DNA of 64,000 nt, from positions 128,001 to 192,000 of the forward strand of contig CAYPFW010000001.1 in assembly GCA_964410585.1 (NCBI GenBank), written 5' to 3'. The position numbers were made by a program, and so were the translations under genes. Below are positions 26,916-36,095 of the stretch, in pieces. How positions within the stretch are numbered: position 1 is the first letter of the stretch; each line of letters starts with the position of its first letter. Below the pieces are notes generated by a model, which was given only the letters and a program-made list of their open reading frames with translations, did not search any database and had not been told where the DNA came from. This DNA comes from an uncultured archaeon. GTDB lineage: Archaea; Aenigmatarchaeota; Aenigmatarchaeia; QMZP01; JACQNV01.

Positions 26916-28646
26916 ATGCAACAAATCAGACAGCCAATTGTTTCAATTCTCGGACATGTAGACTCTGGAAAGACAAGTCTACTTGATAGAATAAGAGGCA
27001 GTGTTGTTGCAAAGGGTGAAGCTGGAGGAATAACACAACATATTGGGGCTTCTGAAATACCCTCTGATTCTTTGAAAAAAACCTGTGGCCAGCTTCTTCA
27101 AAAAATGAAAATTGATTTAACAATTCCTGGTCTGCTTTTTATTGACACACCAGGCCACGAGGCTTTCACAACTCTGAGAAAAAGAGGTGGTTCAATCGCT
27201 GATCTTGCCGTTTTAGTTGTAGATATAATAGAAGGCCTCCAGCCACAAACAGAAGAATCTATATTATTTTTGAAAGAATTTAAAACACCTTTCATTGTTG
27301 CTCTAAACAAAATAGATAGGATAATGGGTTGGGTTCCTGAACCTTCAAAAAGTTTTTTAGATTCTTACAATGAACAGGCTAATGATGTTCAACAAAGATT
27401 TGAAGACAAGTTCTATGAATTAGTTGGCCAATTTGGGTCAAAAAATTTCAATACAGAAAGATATGACAGAGTCACAGATTTCACAAAACAAATAAGCATC
27501 GTCCCTGTTTCTGCTGCTACTGGTGAAGGTATTCCAGACCTTTTAATGATGTTGGTTGGTTTGGCCCAGAAATATTTGAAAGACCAAATAAAGTTTGAAA
27601 GTGACAAAGGAAGAGGGTCGATTTTGGAAGTAAAAGAACACAAAGGTTTGGGATTGTCAATGGATGTCATCCTTTATAATGGTGAGATAAAAAAAGGCGA
27701 TTATCTTGTTGTTGGTGGAAAAGAAATTGTTGTCACAAAGGTCAAGTCGTTGATGAAAACAGAACCAATGAAAGAAATGCGAGTCGAGAAAAAATTCATT
27801 CCTGTGGATTCTGTTGTTGCTGCTTCTGGTGTCAGAATATCTGCACCCGGAATAGAAAATGTTGTTCCAGGTTCTTCTATAATCACATTTTCAAGTGAAA
27901 AATTAATAGATCAAGCAAAAGAAGAGCTGAAAGAAGAGATTCAGGAAATTGAAATACACACAGAAGCCGAAGGGTCGATAGTGAAAACAGATACTTTGGG
28001 AAGTTTAGAGGCGATGATAAAAATTCTTTCTGAAAAACAAATTCCAATAAGAAAAGCAGAAGTGGGAGCAGTCACAAAGCAAGATATTTTAGAAATAAAA
28101 AATCAAAAAGAGCCTCTTTTATTTGCTTTCAATGTTAGCATGTCAGAAGAAGTTGAAAAACTAGCCAAAGATAGCAAGGTAACAGTGCTTTCATCGAATA
28201 TTATTTACAGGTTGATAGAAGGATACGACAAATGGGTTGCTGACAAAAAGAAAAGAGAAGAAGAAAAACTTTTAGAAGAAGTTATACGACCCGCAAAAAT
28301 AAAAATTCTTCCTGGATGCATTTTCAGGCAGTCTGATCCAGCTGTTTTTGGGGTAGAAGTTTTAGCTGGTACAATAAAACCTGATTATAGGCTGAAAAGG
28401 AAAACAAAAACAGTTGGAAAAATAAAGGAAGTCCAAGTCCAGAGCAAAAATGTTAAAGAAGCAAAAGCAGGAGATAGAGCAGCCATTTCAATGGAAGATG
28501 TTGTTGTTGGAAAACATGTAAATGAAGGCGATATTTTGGAAGTTGTTGTTGGAATGAAAGATATTTTGATTTTAAACAAAGTTAAAGGCAAACTAAGAGA
28601 CGATGAGAAACAACTTTTGGAGGAATTAGAAAATAGGGAAAAGTGA
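26916..28646 (+). CDS. infB: Translation initiation factor aIF5B (IF-2)
   Basis: GHVDSGKT, GGITQHIGA, DTPGHEAF, NKID, archaeal FRQS.PA.FGVEV. Confidence 0.97.
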   Translation: MQQIRQPIVSILGHVDSGKTSLLDRIRGSVVAKGEAGGITQHIGASEIPSDSLKKTCGQLLQKMKIDLTIPGLLFIDTPGHEAFTTLRKRGGSIADLAVLVVDIIEGLQPQTEESILFLKEFKTPFIVALNKIDRIMGWVPEPSKSFLDSYNEQANDVQQRFEDKFYELVGQFGSKNFNTERYDRVTDFTKQISIVPVSAATGEGIPDLLMMLVGLAQKYLKDQIKFESDKGRGSILEVKEHKGLGLSMDVILYNGEIKKGDYLVVGGKEIVVTKVKSLMKTEPMKEMRVEKKFIPVDSVVAASGVRISAPGIENVVPGSSIITFSSEKLIDQAKEELKEEIQEIEIHTEAEGSIVKTDTLGSLEAMIKILSEKQIPIRKAEVGAVTKQDILEIKNQKEPLLFAFNVSMSEEVEKLAKDSKVTVLSSNIIYRLIEGYDKWVADKKKREEEKLLEEVIRPAKIKILPGCIFRQSDPAVFGVEVLAGTIKPDYRLKRKTKTVGKIKEVQVQSKNVKEAKAGDRAAISMEDVVVGKHVNEGDILEVVVGMKDILILNKVKGKLRDDEKQLLEELENREK

Positions 28647-30083
28647 TTATTGATTTACTTCTTCGACTATTTGTCTTATACAGTCTATAGAATCTATTGG
28701 TCTAGATCCAAATGCTGTTTCATATGAAACAAGAACACTGTACACACCTTCTTTTGTCCACCTTGTGAGATCACAAATTTCAGCTCTTGTAGGAAAGGAA
28801 AATCTTTCTAAACCTTCAGCAATCTGTGTAGCTATTATCCAAGGTTTTTTGTATTCTTTGCATTTTGAAACTATTTTATCTACAATATTTCCCAATTGAT
28901 ACCAAGGAAAGAAAAGAGCCAAATCACCTCTAGCTATCATCACAAAATCAGCTTCTTTTACTATTCCATCCAGATTTTCAACTCCCTTTTTTGTTTCAAT
29001 TTTTGCTATTATTGGGATTTTGTCTAGTAATTTTCTTGCTTCAATTATATCCTCAGTGTTTGAAACAAATGATAAAGCAACAAAATCAAAAAGATCTGGA
29101 TGTTTTGATATTTGAACCAAATCTTCTCTGTCTTTTTTAGTCAAGCATACGGGCTGAAAACTAGAAGACTGGATTATAATTCCTCTGTTTGGATTGATTA
29201 TGCCATCAGAAAGAACTTCGCATATGGCACCTTCATTATCCTTATCTATACAATTCAAAACCACAGATCCATCGCCTATTATTATTTTTGATCCTTTCTC
29301 AATCATTTGTATAAACTCTTTTTTTCTTACAGGAACAATAAGTTTTTCTAAGTCAAATAAATCCCCACTAACTAATTTTACTTTATCGGACTTTTTTACT
29401 TTCAATCCATTTACATAACCAAAATCACCAAGCCTTGTTTTTTCACCTTCCAAATCAGCAATTGCAAAGCACCCTTTTCCGGTTTTGTTAGCTATGTCTT
29501 TGACTAGCTTTGATTTTTCTTTTTGATATTCAAAATTACTATAAGAAAAAGTAAGCCTAACTCCTGTTGCTCCACATTCAATCATCTTCTCTATTGTTGT
29601 CTCATCTTTTGAAGAAGGACCCATTGTAAACCAAATTCCGGGGGTTTTCTTATTCAAATTCACATTCAAATACTCTTCAAAAGCAGGAAACAAGTTTTCA
29701 ATTATATTATGTTTTTTATAATCTTTTGGATTTATCCATAGATGATCATCATGTTCATTGCTCAAAATTACATTTTCTGAATTAGAATGACAAAGGAAAA
29801 ACATCCTAACAACTTGATATTGATCTGAACCAACCTTTGGCCAAGACTCGTTTACAAAGAGGACTTTGCCTATTTGTACATCCAATCCTGTTTCTTCTTT
29901 TATCTCCCTAATTAAACAAGAATCAAAATGTTCTCCTGGATTTATACGTCCTCCGGGTACATCGTATTTGCCTACATGAGCCCTTTCTTTGTCTCTAGAG
30001 GATTCTCTTAAAACCAGAACATTCCCATTATTGACAATAAATCCTTTTGCAGCGACAAAAAGCTTGGTTTCCATTTGATCCAT
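28647..30083 (-). CDS. NUDIX hydrolase fused to pyruvate kinase A/B domains (no C-terminal domain)
   Basis: N-terminal PGGRI..GE...REIKEETGL; C-terminal TMGPSS, IAKIET, MIARGDL, IATQ, PTRAE. Confidence 0.88.
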   Translation of the reverse strand: MDQMETKLFVAAKGFIVNNGNVLVLRESSRDKERAHVGKYDVPGGRINPGEHFDSCLIREIKEETGLDVQIGKVLFVNESWPKVGSDQYQVVRMFFLCHSNSENVILSNEHDDHLWINPKDYKKHNIIENLFPAFEEYLNVNLNKKTPGIWFTMGPSSKDETTIEKMIECGATGVRLTFSYSNFEYQKEKSKLVKDIANKTGKGCFAIADLEGEKTRLGDFGYVNGLKVKKSDKVKLVSGDLFDLEKLIVPVRKKEFIQMIEKGSKIIIGDGSVVLNCIDKDNEGAICEVLSDGIINPNRGIIIQSSSFQPVCLTKKDREDLVQISKHPDLFDFVALSFVSNTEDIIEARKLLDKIPIIAKIETKKGVENLDGIVKEADFVMIARGDLALFFPWYQLGNIVDKIVSKCKEYKKPWIIATQIAEGLERFSFPTRAEICDLTRWTKEGVYSVLVSYETAFGSRPIDSIDCIRQIVEEVNQ

Positions 30084-30162
30084 TTGTTTCGTAGTTTATC
30101 TACTTATGTAACTCCTGTTAGTCACAAAAGTAACAATTTAAATCTTTGTTTCAATTCTGCTT

Positions 30163-30933
30163 ATGGAAGCGGAACATTTACTTAGGAAGCTGAAGTTTAC
30201 AGAATATGAAATAAAGTGCTACTTATGTTTGGCTAGTTTGAAAACTGCTGGAGTTGGTGAAATGGCCAAGCATAGCGGTGTGCCAAGAAACAAAGTGTAC
30301 GAAGTTGTCCAAAATCTTGAAAGTAAGGGATTTTTAATGGAACTTTCAACCAAACCTAAAAAATTCAAGATTCTAAGTTTGGAAAAGTTAAAAGAGACTG
30401 TAAATGAGGAGAGGGAAAAGCTAAATTTATTAGAAAAAGAAACAGAAAAAATAATTGAACAATTAAGTATTCTTTCACCCAAAAAAACTAAAGATTTGGT
30501 ATGGATAATAAATGGTCAGAAAAATATTATGCAAAAAATTGCATTTGAAACAATGGAATCAAAAAAGGAAATTTTGGCTTGCACGAGGTCTTCGATAGAT
30601 TATGGAACAAGTTTTAGGAACACCAAAAGCGCAATAGAGAGGGGTATTAAAGTTAAATTTCTGGGATCTTTTAATGAAAAAAACAGAAAAATAGTCAAAA
30701 GATGGGTAGATTCCGGAGCTGAATATAGAATCTACGACGAGAAAAAGTTCGGTCCCCAAGGAATTAGGTTTGGTACATTTGATAATAAGTCGTGTAGGCT
30801 TACAATTGGAAAGCCAGATGTCCAAAAACCAGAAGACTACATAACAATTTGGTCAGAAAGCCCAAGTATGGTGAATTTGCTGAAAAGGCAATTCTATTTT
30901 ATGTGGGAACAGTGTAAGCCACCGAAAATTTAG
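30163..30933 (+). CDS. TrmB-family transcriptional regulator
   Basis: TEYEIKCY..L, SGVPRNKVYEV..L..KG HTH plus effector domain. Confidence 0.9.
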   Translation: MEAEHLLRKLKFTEYEIKCYLCLASLKTAGVGEMAKHSGVPRNKVYEVVQNLESKGFLMELSTKPKKFKILSLEKLKETVNEEREKLNLLEKETEKIIEQLSILSPKKTKDLVWIINGQKNIMQKIAFETMESKKEILACTRSSIDYGTSFRNTKSAIERGIKVKFLGSFNEKNRKIVKRWVDSGAEYRIYDEKKFGPQGIRFGTFDNKSCRLTIGKPDVQKPEDYITIWSESPSMVNLLKRQFYFMWEQCKPPKI

Positions 30934-31250
30934 TATCTTTCCATTTCCGGTTCAACTTCTTCTGCCCAAGCATCTATTCCGCCGTCTAGGTTTTTTGTTT
31001 TGAAGCCTTTCTTTTTCAGCTTCTGTGCAACAAAGGAGCTTCTCCCACCATGATGGCAGTAGACAACTATTTCTTTTGACTTGTCGAGTTCTTTTATTCT
31101 ATCTTCAATTTCATTCATTGGTATGAGAATTGAGTTTTTGATCGAACAAATCTCATTTTCCCAAGGTTCCCGAACATCCAAAAGAATAAAATCTTCTTTC
31201 TTATCTATTTTTTCTTTCAGTTCCTTTGGTGTGATTTCTTCAGAACTCAT
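30930..31250 (-). CDS. Rhodanese-like sulfurtransferase
   Basis: LLDVREPWE, YCHHGGRS, LDGGIDAW. Confidence 0.93.
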   Translation of the reverse strand: MSSEEITPKELKEKIDKKEDFILLDVREPWENEICSIKNSILIPMNEIEDRIKELDKSKEIVVYCHHGGRSSFVAQKLKKKGFKTKNLDGGIDAWAEEVEPEMERY

Positions 31251-31609
31251 AATTTTGATAGAAGATCCCCGAATCTTGGTTTCAGTTGATCATAGTATTT
31301 TTTCCATTCAGGATCAAATTGATCCATAAGAAGTTTTACTGGCCTACCTTTTCTGTGTTTTAAAAAATAGTCAAGTTCAATCATTACACCCTCTGAAATA
31401 CCAAATATCCAAAATTCATCACTTGCGTCTATCATTCTCAAACAAAATTCAAGTGTTTTTTCCCTACCTATTGGACCATTTTCAAATCTCTCAAACTCAA
31501 ATGAGTGTATAAGATTAAGTGGTCCAAAACCTCTTTCAGTAACAAAGTCCATTATTTCTTTTACTCTACTTTTCATTCTAGATGGCTGTGAACAGAAAAT
31601 AAGTTTCAT
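31247..31609 (-). CDS. Hypothetical protein (nucleoside deoxyribosyltransferase-like/DUF4406-like fold)
   Basis: CLRMIDASDEFWIFGISEGVMIE. Confidence 0.6.
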   Translation of the reverse strand: MKLIFCSQPSRMKSRVKEIMDFVTERGFGPLNLIHSFEFERFENGPIGREKTLEFCLRMIDASDEFWIFGISEGVMIELDYFLKHRKGRPVKLLMDQFDPEWKKYYDQLKPRFGDLLSKL

Positions 31610-31659
31610 ACAGGGAACATGTTGGAATGGTTTTTCAGGTTATCCGCTAACCACTTAAA

Positions 31660-32235
31660 TTATTTGTCAGTTATTGTGATTCTTGTTATTACAACTGGTT
31701 GCATTGGTTTATCTCCAGGAACTGTTTTGACCTTGCTTATTTTTTCAACAATATCATATCCCTCAACAACTTTTCCAAAAACTGGATGTTTTCCGTCAAG
31801 GAAATTATTATCTGCAACATTTATAAAAAATTGTGAGCCGCCTGTATTTGGGCCTGCGTTTGCCATAGAAATTGTTCCTTTATCATTTCTCAACCCTTCT
31901 CCAAATTCATCTGGTATTTTATATCCAGGATCTCCTGTTCCCCACAAATTAGATTTCGAATTATCTTTTGATAAAGGATCTCCACCTTGAATCATGAAGT
32001 TTTTTATCACTCTATGGAATTTTGTATCATTGTAAAATCCTTGCTGAGCCAATTGGACAAAATTTCCTGCTGTTATAGGTGCTTTATCATCAAAAATTTC
32101 TAATTTAAAATTCCCCATACTTGTCTCAAAATTCGCAAATCTATTAACGCTTTCCATATTTTCCTCCGGCACATTGTTGCTTGTGCAGCCACTTATTAGG
32201 ATTAATCCCAAAACAATGAGCAGATAAAATTTCAT
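31660..32235 (-). CDS. Cyclophilin peptidyl-prolyl isomerase, lipoprotein
   Basis: Lipobox ISGC; [28 protein letters not shown]. Confidence 0.95.
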   Translation of the reverse strand: MKFYLLIVLGLILISGCTSNNVPEENMESVNRFANFETSMGNFKLEIFDDKAPITAGNFVQLAQQGFYNDTKFHRVIKNFMIQGGDPLSKDNSKSNLWGTGDPGYKIPDEFGEGLRNDKGTISMANAGPNTGGSQFFINVADNNFLDGKHPVFGKVVEGYDIVEKISKVKTVPGDKPMQPVVITRITITDK

Positions 32236-32268
32236 CTATTTATTTGGATGGCTAATATATTAAGATAT

Positions 32269-33984
32269 ATGAAAGATTTCAAAGATAAACTACTTCCATA
32301 TGTTCTCCAGAACGCGGTTTTTTACAATGGAAAAGCCGAATCTGGTTCTGTATTAGGAAAGATTCTTGGCGAGAACCCAGAATTAAGAAAACGTGTTCCA
32401 GAAGTCAAAAAAGAAGTTGAAAATTTAGTGAAGGAAATCAACAAGCTTTCTTTAGACGAGCAAAAGAGCCAACTTGGAAAACTAAATCCAAAGATGCTGG
32501 TTAGAAAAGAAAAAAAAGAAGAAAGAAAACTTCCAGATCTCCCGGAAACAAAGGGAAAAATTATAATGAGGATGGCTCCAAATCCAAATGGACCTTTGCA
32601 TATAGGCCACTGTCGTATGGCTGTTTTGAATGATGAATATGCAAAAAAGTATGGCGGAACCTTGCTTTTGAGGTTCGATGACACAGATCCAAAAAATGAA
32701 AACAAGATCCCAATGCTGGAAGCATACAGTTGGATACAAGAAGACCTAAAATGGTTGGGTGTGAAATTTGATAGGATAGAAAAGGCGTCTTCAAGGTTGG
32801 ATGTTTACTATTCCTATTTCAAACAATTTTTGGAAAAAGGTTTTGTGTATGTCTGTTTGTGTGAGCAAGAATCTTGGAGCAAAATGGTCAGAGAGCAAAG
32901 AAAAGAATGTCCTTGTAGAAAAAATGACTTCCAAACAAACTTAGACAATTGGGAAAAAATGTTAGCTGGAAGATTCAAAGAAGGTCAGGCTGTTGGCCGG
33001 ATAAGAACAGATTTTAAAAAAGAAAAAAATCCAGCTGTTTTAGATTGGGTTGCTTTTAGAATAATAGATAATCCTCAACATCCATTTGAGAAAAAACTTA
33101 AGGTTTGGCCGACACTTGATTTTGCATCTTCTATTGATGATAAAGAGTTTGGGATCACGCATATAATCAGAGGAAAGGATCTTGCTTCTTCTGAGGAAAA
33201 ACAGACAATCCTATACAAATATTTGGGTTGGAAATATCCTATAACAAAAGTTTATGGGAAGTTTATGACATCTGAAGATTTGGTGATTTCTAAAAGCAAG
33301 ATACAGGCAGGAATAAAATCTGGTTTGTATACAGGATATGATGATCCAAAACTTGTTTTTTTGAAAGCGCTTAGGAGAAGAGGAATACAGGCACAAGCAA
33401 TCAGAAATTATATTTTGAATTTAGGTCTGAGTGAAGCTGAAACAACAGTTGACTTGGACATCCTATACTCAGAGAACAAGAAAATAGTTGATCCAACAGC
33501 AAATAGGTATATGGTTGTTTTGGATCCGTTCAAAATAGAGATAGAGGGTGCTCCAAAAATGAACGATGTAGAAATTGAAAGACATGAGAGCCCGAAGCTG
33601 ACAAGTCAGCTTCCAGTTAATTCTGATCTAAAGGCTGGAAAGAAAAAAGTTCCTGTTTCAAAAACAGTTTTTGTCCAAAAAGAAGATTTTGATCAGTTTA
33701 CAAGGAAGGTTGTACGGCTGAAAGGGTTATTCAATGTTAAACTGGAGAAAAAATCTCCATACAAAGGCGATGAGTTGGAAAAAGGAATGCAGCGCCTTCA
33801 GTGGGTTTCTGAACCAAATGTGAAAGTGAAAATTGTTTTCCCGGACAAAATACTTGAAGGTTTAGCCGAACCAGAAGTTGGCAAACTAAAAGCTGACCAA
33901 ATCATACAAATGGAAAGAATTGGATATGGAAGGATAGATAGTGTAGAAAAAGATCTGGTGACGATTTATTTTTCACATAAATAG
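32269..33984 (+). CDS. gltX: Glutamyl-tRNA synthetase (archaeal type)
   Basis: RMAPNPNGPLHIGH, RFDDTDP, ITHIIRGKD, ISKS, QMERIGYGRID. Confidence 0.96.
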   Translation: MKDFKDKLLPYVLQNAVFYNGKAESGSVLGKILGENPELRKRVPEVKKEVENLVKEINKLSLDEQKSQLGKLNPKMLVRKEKKEERKLPDLPETKGKIIMRMAPNPNGPLHIGHCRMAVLNDEYAKKYGGTLLLRFDDTDPKNENKIPMLEAYSWIQEDLKWLGVKFDRIEKASSRLDVYYSYFKQFLEKGFVYVCLCEQESWSKMVREQRKECPCRKNDFQTNLDNWEKMLAGRFKEGQAVGRIRTDFKKEKNPAVLDWVAFRIIDNPQHPFEKKLKVWPTLDFASSIDDKEFGITHIIRGKDLASSEEKQTILYKYLGWKYPITKVYGKFMTSEDLVISKSKIQAGIKSGLYTGYDDPKLVFLKALRRRGIQAQAIRNYILNLGLSEAETTVDLDILYSENKKIVDPTANRYMVVLDPFKIEIEGAPKMNDVEIERHESPKLTSQLPVNSDLKAGKKKVPVSKTVFVQKEDFDQFTRKVVRLKGLFNVKLEKKSPYKGDELEKGMQRLQWVSEPNVKVKIVFPDKILEGLAEPEVGKLKADQIIQMERIGYGRIDSVEKDLVTIYFSHK

Positions 33985-34007
33985 TTATTTTTTCTTTTCA
34001 ATACAAA

Positions 34008-34277
34008 TTATTTTTCCAAAGATTCATACCAATTAATCTGCTTTATCTCAAACCATTGTTGAAAAGTTTTTCTAAGATCAGGTGGCATTTCAACTGTTCT
34101 AAATTGGTATCTGTCTGGGACAATTGTGAAAAATTGGATTTTGATTGTTCCGTTTTCGCCAGGCATCGATCTAAACATTAGACCATACTGATACTCAATA
34201 TCGCCTGTAAACAAGCTTATAGGAACGTCTTCTTTTTTTGCGCCTTCTTTCAATCTGAGTTCGTATCCGAGATACAT
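34008..34277 (-). CDS. Hypothetical protein
   Basis: ATG MYLGYEL at 34277 preferred; the longer start runs into repeat A4. Confidence 0.6.
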   Translation of the reverse strand: MYLGYELRLKEGAKKEDVPISLFTGDIEYQYGLMFRSMPGENGTIKIQFFTIVPDRYQFRTVEMPPDLRKTFQQWFEIKQINWYESLEK

Positions 34278-34288
34278 ATTGTATAGTA

Positions 34289-34333
34289 GTTTCTTGGGAT
34301 AACGTACCACTTTCTTTTCTAAAGAAAGGGGTC
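34289..34333 (+). repeat. Family A repeat, copy A4 (diverged)
   Basis: GTTTCTTGGGATAACGTACCACTTTCTTTTCTAAAGAAAGGGGTC. Confidence 0.7.
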
Positions 34334-34388
34334 GTACATACTAAATAGTTAAGACGCAAACATTTATACTTAAATTGCAAATAATAAA

Positions 34389-36071
34389 ATGCAAGAATTC
34401 TATAATAACATTCCAAAAGGATACACAAAAGGAAAAACAAAATATATCATAATAACTGGTTCTGTGATGTCTGGTGTTGGTAAAGGGACTTTTTCTGCTG
34501 CTCTCGGAAACCTTCTCAAAATGTTTCATGGGTTTGTTGTTGCACCAATAAAGTTTGATGGATATTTGAATGTTGATGCAGGAACACTAAACCCATACAG
34601 GCACGGTGAAGTTTTTGTTTTGGACGATGGCACAGAAACTGACTTAGATTTAGGTTCTTACGAGAGAATGCTGAATCAAAATGTAGACAAGGATAATTAT
34701 TTGACAGCTGGAAAAATTTTCAAGATAATTATAAACAAAGAGAGGGCGGGCGACTATTTAGGAAGGGATGTTCAAATCATCCCACACGTTACTGGAGAAA
34801 TAAAAGGGTTTTTAAGAAATTTGGCCCTGAAAAGGCAGGCAGACATTGTTCTTGTAGAAGTTGGTGGAACAGCAGGAGATATGGAAAATGCTTATTTTTT
34901 GGAAGCGATGAGAGAGCTGAGATATGAAGAAGGGAGAGAAAATGTCTGCTTCATAAATGTCACATATATCCTTGAGCCTTCTGCTCTCGGTGAATTCAAA
35001 AGCAAAGCAGCTCAGCTTGGTTTGAGAAAGCTAATGGAAATGGGAATACAACCGGACATGGTGATATGTAGAAGCGAGCACCCAATTCCAGAACCAGTGA
35101 GAGAAAAGATTAGTATGTTCTCTAATGTTCCAATTCAAGGAGTGATAAATTGCTATAATTTTGGAAACATTTATCAGATCCCTGCATTTTTGAAAAAATT
35201 GGGAACAGACAAACAAGTTCTAGATATACTAAAACTACAATCCAAATCAGAAACAGAAGAATATAAAAAATGGTCAGAATTTGTGAAAAGGGCTGAAAGT
35301 GAAAACAAGAATATAGAAATAGGAATAATTGGAAAATACACAGAAGTTCACGATGCTTATTTTTCCATCTTAAAGGCATTGGAACACTCTGCTCCTTATG
35401 CAGGAGCCAAAGTTTCAGTGAAGTGGATAGAAACAACAAACATGCAAAATTTGGATGATGCAAAAAAAGAATTGGATTGTTTAAATGGGATAATTGTCCC
35501 CGGCGGTTTTGGTGCCAGAGGAATAGAGGGAAAAATTGCTTGCATACAATATGCAAGGGAAAACAACCTCCCTTTCTTTGGTCTTTGTTATGGAATGCAA
35601 TTGGCTACAGTTGAATATGCTAGGAACGTCTGTGGTTTTGATGGAGCAAATACAACAGAAGTTGACCCTGACACAAAACATCCTGTTATCTGCATTCTTC
35701 CAGAACAGGAAGAAGTTGAAGGTCTAGGAGGAACAATGAGACTAGGTGGACATGATGTTGTTTTGAAAAAAGAAACAATTGCTTGCAAGTTATACGGAAA
35801 AGAAAAAGTCAGAGAAAGGTTCAGACACAGATACAATGTCAATATAAAATACATAGACAAACTTGAGGAAAAAGGACTTGTATTTTCTGGTCAAGCTTCT
35901 ACTGAATCCAACACAAGCAAAGCCAGTGTCAATCCGCCTAAACGTATTATGCAAATCCTAGAGCTTCCCAAACACAAGTTTTTTGTTGGTACACAATTTC
36001 ATCCAGAATTAACTTCAAAACCCCTAGATCCAAATCCACTATTTCTCGGTTTCATCAAAGCATGTATTTAA
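34389..36071 (+). CDS. pyrG: CTP synthase
   Basis: SGVGKG, HGEVFVLDDG.ETDLDLG.YER, GLCYGMQ, QFHPE. Confidence 0.98.
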   Translation: MQEFYNNIPKGYTKGKTKYIIITGSVMSGVGKGTFSAALGNLLKMFHGFVVAPIKFDGYLNVDAGTLNPYRHGEVFVLDDGTETDLDLGSYERMLNQNVDKDNYLTAGKIFKIIINKERAGDYLGRDVQIIPHVTGEIKGFLRNLALKRQADIVLVEVGGTAGDMENAYFLEAMRELRYEEGRENVCFINVTYILEPSALGEFKSKAAQLGLRKLMEMGIQPDMVICRSEHPIPEPVREKISMFSNVPIQGVINCYNFGNIYQIPAFLKKLGTDKQVLDILKLQSKSETEEYKKWSEFVKRAESENKNIEIGIIGKYTEVHDAYFSILKALEHSAPYAGAKVSVKWIETTNMQNLDDAKKELDCLNGIIVPGGFGARGIEGKIACIQYARENNLPFFGLCYGMQLATVEYARNVCGFDGANTTEVDPDTKHPVICILPEQEEVEGLGGTMRLGGHDVVLKKETIACKLYGKEKVRERFRHRYNVNIKYIDKLEEKGLVFSGQASTESNTSKASVNPPKRIMQILELPKHKFFVGTQFHPELTSKPLDPNPLFLGFIKACI

Positions 36072-36095
36072 ATGTTTTTGATCAAATAGTACTAT

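Noticed and set aside
33586-35936. gltX and pyrG insertions as BHB mRNA introns
   Set aside because: No canonical bulge-helix-bulge could be drawn and both keep the frame, so they are reported as translated insertions.
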